DNA from: Octopus sinensis
Taxonomy: Eukaryota
NCBI RefSeq assembly: GCF_006345805.1
Contig: NC_043002.1
Coordinates: forward strand, 48,298,001-48,362,000
DNA length: 64,000 nt
Direction: 5' to 3'
The notes beneath the pieces are model-generated. The model was not told the DNA's origin, ran no database searches, and saw nothing but the letters and a program-made list of their open reading frames with translations. The position numbers were made by a program, and so were the translations under genes. Shown here piece by piece: positions 51,736 to 64,000 of the stretch. How positions within the stretch are numbered: the stretch's first letter is position 1; every line of letters begins with the position of its first letter.

Positions 51736-52979
51736 TTCACGAATTTAAGTTCATTGATAAATCAAAGAGAGGTGTTTCAATAGCATACGTTTAAATAATT
51801 TGCGACACAAAAGAAACTGTTTTTTGATATGTGTTTGTCAAACGTCGAATACCGAGTTTACTTTAAATTGTGGCTCTATAGCAGTAGAGAGTAAAAACCC
51901 ATACTTTTGTAATTTTGTCTTTAGATAGCGAGGTGTTAGGTATTTTTGTACTAAAACAATAAAACATAAATCTTCCTTCACTTAAACGGAATTTCAACAA
52001 TTTGAACTCACAACGTAACGGCAGACGAAATACAGCTACGTATTTCGCCCGGCGTGCTAACATTTCTGCCAGCTCACCACCGTCTTGATTAGAGAAACCA
52101 TTTGAATTCCAACATAATTCCTCATCCCGTGAAATACCGTCGAACGGCATGCAATTTCGAAAATGCTTGTAACTTCTCTTTTTGACCTCCTCCTGATCAC
52201 TCTTTCTCTCTCTCCTTCTCTCTCTATCTGTCAGTTCTTCGTATTTGATGTCGCTAAACAATCAACTGACTTGATGGTTGAATAGTCTACAAGCGATAAC
52301 CGTTTGACCTAGAGTGAAACGCATGGAAAAGCACTAAATCTAAAAACAGAAGCGATTTAGCCCCTCACATAAAATTTTTAGTCTATTAGCTGATACTTGT
52401 CAGACCATAAAAGTTTTCCCAAACGAAAATGATGATATACATGGTAAACACACAGATTGATTTATTTTCTCTCTGATATTTAATGTCCCACAAAAAATAC
52501 ATTGTTACATTTTTTGTTGTTACTCTGGTTAAGCAATTAACCCTCGGTGATTTACTAAGATTTTCTTCCGTTTAATTTAAGTTGACTTTCAATCCACACA
52601 CATAATCACACACTCACAGCACTCAACACCACGCTTACGCACGCACCCCCCCTCTCTCTCTCTCTCTCACACACACACATACACACACTCAGACATTATG
52701 CCCGTACTTGGTTTTCAATTATTTTTTGAACTTTCGAAATATTCTTCCAATTGTCTGAAATGTTTATTATAGAACTTTTGAAAAATAGTTATTTAAAAAA
52801 AAGTCTTTGAAGGTAAACAATTATATGATGACAGAGTAACACTTAAATTAACTTAGCTGCGATATTCCTATAAATGTATTAAAGAATTTTAGATTAATAA
52901 TCTACATGAAATAAAAATATGATTAACTGGAATTGTTAAGTTATTCAACTGACCATGCTTGTTATCTTGTTTAGAAAAT

Positions 52980-54950
52980 AACTGTCTGGTGTTATAAAGG
53001 TTACAGTAATTTAAATAATCAACATATAGACATGTTAGAACATGAATGTTCTCAAAGACATAAAATCCTTGAGAGATTTTAAAGCATCTGAGAATGTACG
53101 TTGAGAGTTACTATCAAATGCACATAAATAACAGAGTATACAACATAATCAACTTAACCTATTCTGCAACGCTATTCTGCAACGATTGATTGATCTGCTT
53201 TTGCTTTTTAGATCACCAGGAATTATCATTACTGGGTCATTTGGAATTCGAAGATTCCAATAAGCTCGAGAAGTGTAGAGAACTCATATTTAATTGGTAA
53301 GTATGATGAAAAATTGGCAAGCCATCCAGATACTGGTTCTGTTTTCAGCCAGAATTCATATTAACTTTATTGATGCGTTTCAAAAGGTTATGGTCAATGA
53401 AATAGAACATGAACTTAAACAAGCTAAATTTGTAGCCATTCTTAGAGATGAAACGTCCTATGTATTGAACTGCTCACAGTTGTCAATTGTTTTGAGCTGC
53501 TATAAAAGATTGAGTTACTAAAGAACGATTTATTAGTTTCAAAGATGTTAGTGCACACCGTTCATCAAATGCTTTATCTGAACCATGCTTTTAAATTCAT
53601 TAAAATATGGAAGTGTGAAAACAAATTAATTGCACAATCCTATGATGTGCGTCTCCAATTAAATGGGTGGAAGTCAAAGAAAAGAGAGAAATATGAATAT
53701 GCAGTCTTTAGTCATTGTTGTGCTCAAATTCTAAAATACTTATTTTACAAGCATGCGATACTATGAAAGAATGCAAGATACTTTTTCGACAATTAATGGA
53801 CTGTATAGGTTTTTTTTACGAAATCACATAAGAGCCAGTCAGTTACATAATATTGTTTAAAAAGATTTCTGAAAGCAACAGTAACTATATAGAATTACTC
53901 CTCATACCTAAATATTACTGCAAAAGAAAATTGTGATTACCTAAACAACTTTTTAGAGACACTGAAAATCCTGAAATTGGATTTTTACAGAATTTAAAAG
54001 ATCCGGATTTCTTATATTTATTAAAAGTATTTTGTGAAATATTTTTCTTCGCTGATGTCTTATTTAACAATCTTCGGACTAAAACTTTAACATAGCGTAT
54101 TGTAAAAAGAAAACAGATAAAACTAGAACCATACTCGAAGATGAAGTAGACGATTTTCCAGTATTTTATAAGTTGGGGCGATAACATGGAATCAATGCGC
54201 CAATCCAAATCAAGATTTTCAGGAATAGATCTACTCACTTACAACATGACAGAATGTTCCACAACAAAATTATTGTTGACTAATTAAAAACTAGATATTT
54301 ATTTTAGAAAAAGCTTAAATGCGTGGAACTTTTCAGTTTTAGCAAAGCAGAAGAATTACGCAACAAATTTCAAGTGGATGCTTCAAATTATCTAAAAACC
54401 ACTTAGGATAGTTTTTTTTTTATTTCTATATACTTCGTTTACATTCATTCGAAGATTTTAAAAAGCAAAGTTCGTGTAATTTAATGCATTACATTTATAT
54501 CAATAATCTTACTGAAGCTGTTTCAGATTTCTTCAATATTTGCGATTTGATTTTGACAATTCCTTTATCAACTGCCTGTGTAGAGCAGTCCTTTTCTTCA
54601 TTAAAAAGAATTAAAACTTACCAAAGAAATACAACAAAAGAAATTATTTTCAAGGTTAGCTCTTATGTTAATATAAAACGATTTACTCCAGCAACTGATT
54701 TAAACAGAATTCTATGAGAATGTAATAAATATATTAGATCTGAAAGGTTGAAAAACTGAATTAATCTATAAATGAGAGAAATAGATACTTTTTTGAACGC
54801 CCCTAAATGGTCTCTCTTCATGAAATAATTGCCAAAATGATTTAGCTCAAAAGTTACTGCTTGCCACATACGTATATGGATCTCCTTAATTTTTTGTTCA
54901 TGGAAGCTGGAACCAATATAGTCTTTTACAGTGTACACTCCTTAATCCCT
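52980..54950 (+). pseudogene. Degenerate hAT transposase (ZMYM1-like type)
   Basis: KQAKFVAILRDETSYVLNCSQLSIVL (catalytic DET region) and LTIPLSTACVEQSFSSLKRIKTYQRNT (hAT dimerisation domain); multiple stops and frameshifts; ends uncertain. Confidence 0.85.
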
Positions 54951-55194
54951 CAATGAACTGGTAACTAATAATATCCTGGATTAAAGATATTCCTTATTTC
55001 TCTCTCTTCGATGACAGAATACCTTAATGATATCATATCCACATGATTAGTAATTCTAGAAACAACTGCAAAAGATTTTACATATCTATTATCACAACTC
55101 CGGACTATGTTTGAATAATAAATTAAATGCTCTAAAGCGATACCACATGTTTTGCTTGTTCGTTCTCTGTTTCTAATATATATGTATATATGTA

Positions 55195-56166
55195 CGAGGA
55201 GGTAGCAAAATGTTCCCGGACTAGTTCTGTAGCGTGCCAACAGTCGGTAGCACATAGCTGCCTGCACAATGACAGCTAGCAGTCACCTTCATGAGGAAGT
55301 GTGCCGAGTGACGTTGTTGTGTTTACTTCGCAAGTTCTGAAATTTGTGTTTTTGTTATCACCTGTATACTGTAGTCTGCAATTTTTGTAATGGACAGGAA
55401 GTTGAAGCTAAGAGCCAACGTGGAATTTTGCGTTAAATTTCTAAGTCTGCTACAGGTACATTGAGCATGCTTCGGCAAGCTTATGGTGATGAGTCAATGG
55501 GTTGTACGCAATATTTCAAGTGGTACGGACGCTCCAAAAGCTGAAGAATGTCCCCAGAAGACGATGAGCGACTTAAAAAAGCTGTCACGCGTGTCACCAC
55601 CGGAAATATAGAGAAAATTTAGTAGCTTGTGCATGAGGATAATTGGAGGACAATCAACGACACTGCTGATATTGTTAGTCTGTCGTGTGGGTCCGTGCAG
55701 GCAATCCTAACGTCCGCGAAGAGAGGATCATCTGAGGACAATCAAAGACACTGCTGATATTTTTAGTCTGTCGTGTGGGTCCGTGCAGGCAATCCTAACG
55801 TCCGCGAAGAGAGGATCATCTGAGGACAATCAACGACACTGCTGATATTGTTAGTCTGTCGTGTGGGCCCGTGCAGGCAATCCTAACGTCCGCGAAGAGA
55901 GGATCATCTGAGGACAATCAACGACACTGCTGATATTGTTAGTATGTCGTGTGGGTCCGTGAAGGCAATTCTAACGTCCGCGAAGAGAGGATCATCGGAG
56001 GACAACCAACGACACTGCTGATATTGTTAGTTAGTCTGTCGTGTGTGTCCGTGCAGATAATCCTAACGTCCGCGAAGAGAGGATCATCGGAGGACAATCA
56101 ACGACACTGCTGATATTGTTAGTCTGTTGTGTGGGTCCGTGCAGGCAATCCTAACGTCTGCGAAGA
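55195..56166 (+). mobile_element. Mariner 5' fragment
   Basis: TA|cgaggaggtagcaaaatgttcccggact TIR-like start; ATG at 55390, MDRKLKLRANVEFCVK...LRQAYGDE...EDDER...; ends in the tandem array. Confidence 0.85.
55646..56166. repeat. 88-bp minisatellite (about 6 copies) derived from mariner transposase
   Basis: Unit starts at 55646, 55734, 55822, 55910, 55998 and 56090 (fifth unit +4 bp); encodes RTINDTADIVSLSCGSVQAILTS. Confidence 0.95.
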
Positions 56167-56179
56167 ATTGGATTCTACC

Positions 56180-56214
56180 TACCTACTTACCTATCTATCC
56201 ATCTATCTACCTAC

Positions 56215-56305
<91 letters not shown>
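56180..56305. repeat. (TCTA)n microsatellite
   Basis: Direct reading; similar tracts at 30185-30258 and 62510-62635. Confidence 0.95.
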
Positions 56306-57091
56306 TACGTTACACACACACACACATACACACATACACATATATATGTTTGTATATTATTTTTATACAACATAACAATATTGTTTATAAACATTCCCCC
56401 ATAGTGCCCCAAATAAAATTTCCTCTGTATTAATATCTTAGGTTTCTTAGTGTCTTGCTCCTTTAACTGGTAATTAACATCACAATTTACAGCCTACCCC
56501 TACCCTGTCTCTTTTTATAGACAGTTACTTATATCCAACTGACTACTCATCACGTCTTATTTTCTCCCTGGGGAAAGGGATACATATGATAATATTTATG
56601 ACCATACCTAGGCATGAGCTGTCAACTCACTCTTGTCTTTAATTCAAAATAGACAGTCTCTTAGTCTCAGATTTACCAGCTGATAAAGAGATAAATGAAT
56701 TAGAAATGAATTACAACCCTTTACACCATATGACCCCACTATGCTCCATGCGGTTCTTAGAAGTTATAGTATATTCTTAGCTACAATAGCGACAACATGA
56801 ATTTCTTCCATCTTTTTTCTCAGTTAAAATATTTTTAAAAAATTATATTAATGTGTCCTACTTGTTAAAATTCATTTTATTTATTTTTGCAGCTAAAGAT
56901 AGCACAGCAGTTAAATTGATGTAATTATTGCATTGATCAATAAAATGGAGTCGCTTGAAACGGTCGTACTGCATTACTAGTTGATATTTTTTTGCTTATT
57001 TTGATTTTATTCACCTTACTTCGAGCTGTGTAGATAATACCGGACTGACGTGGTGCTTCAACTTAAGTACCTGATTCAAGTGAACCTTTAT

Positions 57092-57159
<68 letters not shown>

Positions 57160-58825
57160 TATATCATTATCATATATATTATACATAACGTGGTAAACGG
57201 TTGATTGCAGTTTTGCATGTGTTTATGCATCCGAATATCTATACACAATTACCAGACTCTTTATCTTTCTCTCTCTCTCTCCCTCTCTCTCTCTCTCTCC
57301 CCTTTTCACATATAGCGTATATACGCACATGCACACACCAAATCATGTGTGTGTGTGCGTGCGTGCTGTGTGTGTATGTGTGTGTATCTGCGTGTGTATG
57401 TGTGTGTGTGCTCGTATTCATTAATATATTTATTTTATACCAAATATATCTATTCGATTTTGATTCAGTTAATCTGCATAATTTTGTCTTTTATATATTA
57501 ATTTACGCTTCAAGTTAATTGTGTTCTTTGCCAGATATAACAGGAAATGCATTCATGAAGTGATTTTCAAGTTACATAGCTGTAGGCAAACAAAATTATC
57601 AACAACTGTCTCGTTCTTCTAAGCATTAAAAGAAATTTCGATGTTACCATATTTTCCCCCTTTTTTACCAGCATATTTTAATCAACTCTCTGACAGTTAT
57701 CATTTCTTTAAGAGAATCAGATTAGTCTGTTTATCAAAGAAGTGTTGGCAAAAATGAACATCTAAAGAAATTTACAGAAAAACCTTTTCACGATCCAACT
57801 CATCAAAGACGGAGATTGATCTCGTATCTTAGTTTAGTGAAACTCCAGGAAAGAAAAAGAGGTAACTTAAACGAGCTTTGCTTAGTAAACATTTTACTGA
57901 ATTCCTGAAGATTTTTTCCTTTTAGATTAATGTAATGTTGAAGGGCTGTTGGATATCCAAATTTATTGTGGAATGATGCTGAATAGTAAGTAGGAATGTA
58001 ACATACACAATGGTTACAGCTTCCGATATTTATTCGGAATTTGACTGTGTTGTTTAAATAATTGTCATAAGGGACGTAAGCTTTAACCTTTAGAGTCACG
58101 AGAGACTGAAATTATGTATTCAAAAACCGACATTTCCCCATTGCAACCTAATTTGTATGAATATAGAATATTTTCGAAAATGCCACAAACTGAATGACTT
58201 TATTAATATGTTCTATATTTCTGCCTACTTATATTATTATTTCAGAACATAAAAATAACTCATATATATGTGTATGTGTGCGTGTGTGTGTGTGTGTTGT
58301 CCATGTGTTGTTGTTGTTTTTGTGTGTGATGGTTGGGGTGTAATCATATATGCATTCACAAAAACATACACAACACACACACACACACATGTAAAAGTTA
58401 AATTGATAACATATACATATATGTACATAATGTATGTGTATTTGTGTCATGTTTGTGGCAACCTTTTCGCACAACACACCGGAGAAGTCGCTGTAAGAAG
58501 ATGATTATAAATATATCTTTCTTTTCCTGTATCTTTCTCTTTTTGCTCGTCTTTCTTTATCACTGTCGACAATAAAATAGCGTTTGACTGGTTTCAAATC
58601 TCGTTTAGTTCTAATCAGTTGTAGACAATAATGTGAGTTTTACGCAGAAAGAATATTGTTACTAGTTATACATAGTCACAAGATATAGTTTGCTTGCTCA
58701 ATTGATTCATTTAAATTTGTAGAAATAATGCTATGCAGGCAATATGTTTAGAATTAATTGTAAATATAAGAAAACTCATTCTCTACGATATATGTGGTGC
58801 GGCATAAAGTTAATCTTTCTTTTCA

Positions 58826-59160
58826 TTCTCATCCTCTTTTATCATTTACTTGTTTCAGTCATTCGACTCCGGCCATACGGAGGTATCGACTTAAAGTGTT
58901 TTAGTCGAACAAATCAACCCCGTGATTTATTTTTTAGATCTAGTACTTATTCTATTGATTTTATTCGAACCGCTAATAACAGGGACATAAACACACCATC
59001 ACAGGTTGTCAAGCGGTGGTGGGGGTTTCTTTCAGTTTCCGTCTACCAAATCCACTCGCAAAGCTTTAGTAGAAGACACTTGCCCGAGGTGCCACGCAGT
59101 GACTCTGAACCCGGAACAAAGTGGCTGAGAAGCAAGCTTCTTACAACACAGTCACGCTTC
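58826..59160 (-). mobile_element. SINE family A lacking the internal microsatellite
   Basis: Tail and head are directly joined at aagcggtggtggggg|tttctttcagtttcc. Confidence 0.8.
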
Positions 59161-59231
59161 GTTCTGACCAGTTTGTAATTTCTTTTGATTCTCATAAAAA
59201 ATACGAAAATACTATTTGATATGTCCACGAA

Positions 59232-59303
<72 letters not shown>

Positions 59304-59903
59304 TTATGTATGTATGTATGTAAGTATGTATGTATGCATATATGTATGTATATCACTAAAATTAGTTTGTTCAACCGATTAATTCGATTTGCATATATTC
59401 GATGACGAAATATTCAAATGACTTACTAATTTAATTAATTCATTATGTAATAAATAAACATATATTCGTGTGTTTGTTCGTATGTTTGTGTCTACATTTA
59501 CATAACCTAAGAGCCAATATTATTTATGTATATATGTAATAATTTATCGTATCGACAAATAGTGTTTATAAGATAAGAAAAGACTGAAATAAGTAATACA
59601 GTCCACTGAAAGCTTTTCAGATGGACCCCAAGCATGGCCGCAAGAGGGAAATTAGTAACAGAATATATGTTGAGTTTGAGTTTATGTTGTTGTACAAAGG
59701 GATGTACTCGATACAAATTTATGTTGAAAGTGTATAGTATTTCAGATTTGCATATATTAATTTCTGTGCGATAAACTGGTACTTCATAACCAGAACTGCG
59801 GTTTCGTTTCAAGAGATTTCAAAGCCAATTTCAACCGAATGAGATTGCGGTTTCAGCAAAGTGATATATTTATCTTTAATAAATTAACACACACACACAC
59901 ACA

Positions 59904-59954
<51 letters not shown>

Positions 59955-60924
59955 AGCAAATACAATTTGTATGTGTGTGATTGTAAATATGTATTTTTAA
60001 TATTTTAAGTACAGTTTTATACATCATTTGTTCCAATACATCAGTAACCAATTTTGCCGGTCGTTCTGATGGGTCCATAACATCACTCCTGGTTAAGCTC
60101 TAGAGTTAAGGAAAGCAGTTATTCTTTCACTCACAAATGAACATAATACATCACTCGTTGTTTACATTTCAACACCTAAATGCTAACCACTTATGAGTAT
60201 ATGAAATGTAATACATATATATGCATACACACACACACACACACGCACACACACGCACGCACGCACACACATACACACACATACACATACATACATATAC
60301 ACACATACACACACACACACACATATATACATGCATGTATATGTATGCGTACGTGTGTCCCTCTGCCTCTGCCACTCTCTCTCTTCTCTCCCCATGTGAC
60401 CGGTGTTCGGCCAAGTCTGATTTTTCTTTCTTGGTTAGTCCGTCGTCCGTGTAACATGCATATTCCTCCCTGTGCCTGTGAAATCATGTATCTCTGCCGT
60501 AAGGCTTTATTTCCACACCCGCTAGCTTAATTTGTCCTTAGTCGAAAGACACCTGTTGTTATGTCCTGCTTTTTGTATTTGTGCAACATTCTCCGTTTTT
60601 TCCGCCCTTATTTTCGTATACATTCGCTGCTTTCTTCCAAGGAATTTAATGCTCTTAGCTTAGTTTTTTTCTTGGAACTGGCCAGAATGGAGCAATCTCG
60701 AGTATAACCAGCCGAAATTGCAAAGAAAATCTGGAACTCGACTGAGGAAAGAAAACTCCGAATGACGCGTCCTTGTTTTCTTTGTGTAGTCTATCTAGAT
60801 GTTTTGTTGTCCCCTTTTTTGTATCACCTAACTGTCTAGATGTTTTGCGTTCTTGTCCCATTTTGTATTTTTTATATATATACATATACATATATATACA
60901 TATATGTTTATGTATACATACATA

Positions 60925-61130
60925 TCTCTTATTATAAAAGGCAGATTTTATCTGCCTCCCTTTGTATCTTATAGAAATCTACAATATAGGATTTCTTCAA
61001 TTACAATTTACCTAGCATTTTTAAGAGTAGAATGCATCGGGTCATGCCAGGTCCAGTTTTTAAAATTTCAACCCCAATTAAGCAAAATTTAGAGAAAACT
61101 CACATTGTGGTGTATATGTCAAATGTTTTT
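60925..61130 (+). mobile_element. Helitron-like 5' segment (family of 7350-7880)
   Basis: A|TCTCTTATTATAAAAGGCAG...gggtcatg...caattaagcaaaatt. Confidence 0.55.
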
Positions 61131-61239
61131 CTTAGTGTGGCTTACACCACACGCAAACGCACACACACACAAACGGAGCGAACTGTTTCACTGACGCTAT
61201 CACCCTTCTCCTCCTTTGTCTTTGCAAGTTTGCAACTAT

Positions 61240-61899
61240 TAAAGTGAAAACAGTGAATCCGACAGCGATAAAGAAAACGAATTGGTACCTGAATGGAGTG
61301 AAAATTTAAAAACTGTTTCTTTCGGTGATTTTTCTGAAGAAACTGCACCAAGCCACAGACTTTCCCAGAAGAGTAAAGCCTTAAACTATTTCTATTTACT
61401 TTTTCGAATGAGCCTATTTGAAATCATTACGGCAGAAACGAACCATTACGCTAAACGTAAACAAAACGAAAGAAAGGATAGTTTGTTATTTCCCACAACC
61501 TTAAATGAAATTAAGACTATTTTGCCATAAATATTATTATGGGTATCAGAAAGTTACCCAGAATAACAAATTCTATCGTAAAATTTTCTTGTATACCCAA
61601 TTGAATATTAGCTAATAACCCATTTTCTATAGCGATGTTTGAACAAAATTTTAATAATTTTATATTTTGTTGAATTTACCTGTATCTACCTGCAATTAGA
61701 GTCACTTTGTGACAAAAATTATTGTATAGAATTGGTTGAGAACATTTCATTAAATTATCTTCCAAAATTCACGTTAATATATTGATAAATAAAAAAGTTA
61801 TAGTTGTTTAATGAAATCAGACTAAATTTATGATTACGTTAGAAATTAATTGAAACACATAAGGGGTGTATTTTGGTCAGAAATATAGTAACGAAAGGG
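61240..61899 (+). mobile_element. piggyBac relic (PGBD-like transposase N-terminal fragment and right TIR)
   Basis: YFYLLF...EIITAETNHYA...PTTLNEIK, then INIIMGIRKLP after a frameshift; ends ...cgaaaGGG|TTAA at 61899-61903; left TIR not seen. Confidence 0.75.
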
Positions 61900-62011
61900 T
61901 TAAGAAAAACCAAAAAATATTTTATTCTTTATAAATGTTGTATTCAAAATAACATTTTCTTTTAAGAATGTGTATATAACAAAGTATGTGTATATAACTA
62001 CGTGACTTATA

Positions 62012-62408
62012 TCTTTATATATAAAAGTCAAGTTCTGTGTATGTCTCCTACGATTTAGAATCCTAACTACTCCCACATTTTGCGGTGCAGTGTAACCAAA
62101 ACCGGGTATCTTATAGTCGTGATTCATATCGAGCCCTTCTGGGTATTAGCGTGCGTCTACGATGAGTCTACGATTTTAAAAAATTTACCATCATATTTTT
62201 CCAATTTTAATGCATTTTTTCGCTATTATATAAGGGAAGTAACTCTCTAAAAATATCTACGATGTGTCAACGATTTAAAAAGAAATTTACCTTAATTTTT
62301 TTTTCCATTTTTAATGCATTTTTTTCCTATTTTTTGGCTATAACTCTCTAAAAATGCTTATATAGTTATTTCCCTTACAAACCCGAGCAACGCCGGGCGA
62401 TACTGCTA

Positions 62409-62409
<1 letters not shown>
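62012..62409 (+). mobile_element. Non-autonomous Helitron (398 bp)
   Basis: A|TC start, 3' hairpin and CTAG|T; same family as 31304-31701. Confidence 0.9.
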
Positions 62410-62460
<51 letters not shown>

Positions 62461-62530
62461 TAGTTTCAGCTCAGAGCTGCGGCAATGCTGACATTCATAC
62501 ATATAATCTATCGATCTGTCTATCTATCTA

Positions 62531-62600
<70 letters not shown>

Positions 62601-62631
62601 AATCATCTATCTATCTATCTATCTATCTATC

Positions 62632-62701
<70 letters not shown>

Positions 62702-63499
62702 CACTGTCTACTCGCTATTGAGTATAGCCAGCTTTTGCGCTAAGACACCAGATGTAGTTTCACCGTGTCACATGTTTCCATGAAGACTATGTGCTGATTA
62801 CAGTACAGCCTGTACTGAACAAGTGGTATTTCATCCATTCATCAGCTGATGCACAGAAATCTTGAATGGTTTTCATGTATTCACTAGCGTATGCCTGAAG
62901 CATTTTCAGAAATCAAAATGTACTGCTGAATAATCGTACTTAAATGTGATAAAAGCTTTTCTTCACAGTGAAAAAAAAAACATTGAGTTCTTTCTATAAC
63001 GTGATAATGCACTACTGATTTTGCGAGGTGTGAATGCCCACACAATGGCTAAAGCTATAAAAGATTTACACAATATACTGAAAGAGTTAGAAATGAAAAT
63101 CAGAGTAGACAGTAGCATAAGCATATTTAATATCTTAGATAAACCTACTGGTAAATACTACCCTTATCATAAAGTTGATGATAAATTGTGTTGTATAGTT
63201 TCTATCGTTTCTCAATTATCATTAAATATTAAGTTAATAACATTAATGAGTTCATATACAACTCATTTTCTGGTGAGATATTATTAACCTTGATGCTCGT
63301 AATTACAAGTATGCATTCAAATATAGGATAATACATTGCACAACAGTAATATTTAAAAACATAAACAACTAAATGTGTGGTATATTCCTCCTTAGAGAGA
63401 GTGAACGTTTATTTCAATGTTGCATGGTTTTCCTAAACTTCATGAATGAGCATCCCCGCGTTTGGCATCCTTTCTGTCTCGGGAGACAATGGAGTTGCG

Positions 63500-64000
63500 C
63501 ATTTTTTTTTTTTTTTCTAGGTCAAGTCCGGCTGTTATATTTTATTTCCTGTTACATTTCTTGCTGTGGCTGTGTAGTCCTATCCTGGACAAACACTCCC
63601 TCTGGCTGGTACTGCAAATGTAGCGAAGACTGTTCCTGGCTGGTTGTAGTGCCATGGTCTCTTGTTTATGTCTCTTCCTTTCTTTCCATTTCTCCTCTCT
63701 CTTTCTGTCACTCCTCTGTATACCCTCTTTTACTGTACGTCGCCATTCTCCACGGTTGCCGGCGACTGCCTCCCAACCGCTAATGTTGATGTTGCAGGCC
63801 TTCATATCCCTTTTGCAAACAACCTTGTAACGTAAGATCGGTCTACCCACAGACCTAGTACCCTGAGCAAGCTCTCCGTAGAGTATGTCCTTGGGGATTC
63901 TGCCATCTTTCATACGGCTAACATGCCCAAGCCATCTCATACGTCTTTGTGTGAGGAGTGCAAACATGCTTGGTATTCCTGCTTGCCTGAGGACATCTTT
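63500..64000 (-). mobile_element. RTE (BovB-like) LINE 3' end, runs off the window
   Basis: ORF 63542-63967 RRMRWLGHVSRMKDGRIPKDILYGEL..G.RSVGRPILRYK..CKRD; AATAAA followed by a poly(A) tract at ~63500-63517. Confidence 0.9.

Noticed and set aside
52538-52546. TTAACCCT as the left TIR of the piggyBac at 61240-61899
   Set aside because: The match is limited to the terminal few bases, the next bases do not mirror the right TIR (ttcgttactatat), and it is 9 kb away.
55646-56166. CRISPR or repeat-protein interpretation of the 88-bp array
   Set aside because: There are no unique spacers, the period is not divisible by 3, and the unit is mariner transposase sequence.
60742-60775. CTGAGGA...CCGAATGACGCGTC as a fourth hammerhead
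   Set aside because: GAAA is broken (GAAT plus extra bases), stem II is poorly paired and no stem I is present; at most a heavily decayed relic.

Overview
AT-rich, repeat-saturated eukaryotic genomic DNA. The tRNA-derived SINE families and the dense (TA)n/(CA)n/(TATG)n/(AAT)n microsatellites resemble cephalopod (Octopus-like) DNA; this assignment is inference from recalled repeat families, not a database hit. I found no intact protein-coding gene, rRNA, true tRNA or CRISPR/cas system, and most of the ORF track is microsatellite translation noise. The window is a layered transposon landscape: three tRNA-derived SINE families, degenerate CR1/Jockey-like, RTE and R4/Dong-like LINEs, an L1/Tx1-like ORF1-only (HAL1-like) element, several Helitron derivatives (one with a Pif1-helicase fragment), and mariner, hAT and piggyBac relics. 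The most interesting signals are: (i) three unrelated short elements embedded in (TA)n tracts that each carry a minimal type-I hammerhead-ribozyme-like motif with a palindromic stem III (Penelope/retrozyme-like), one linked to a ~325-nt foldback; (ii) the ORF1-only retroelement with a 3' array of three covarying hairpins; (iii) an 88-bp minisatellite born from mariner transposase sequence; (iv) a CpG-rich promoter/first-exon-like segment at 35.5 kb and a few low-confidence orphan exons. Boundaries of degenerate elements are approximate (tens of bp).
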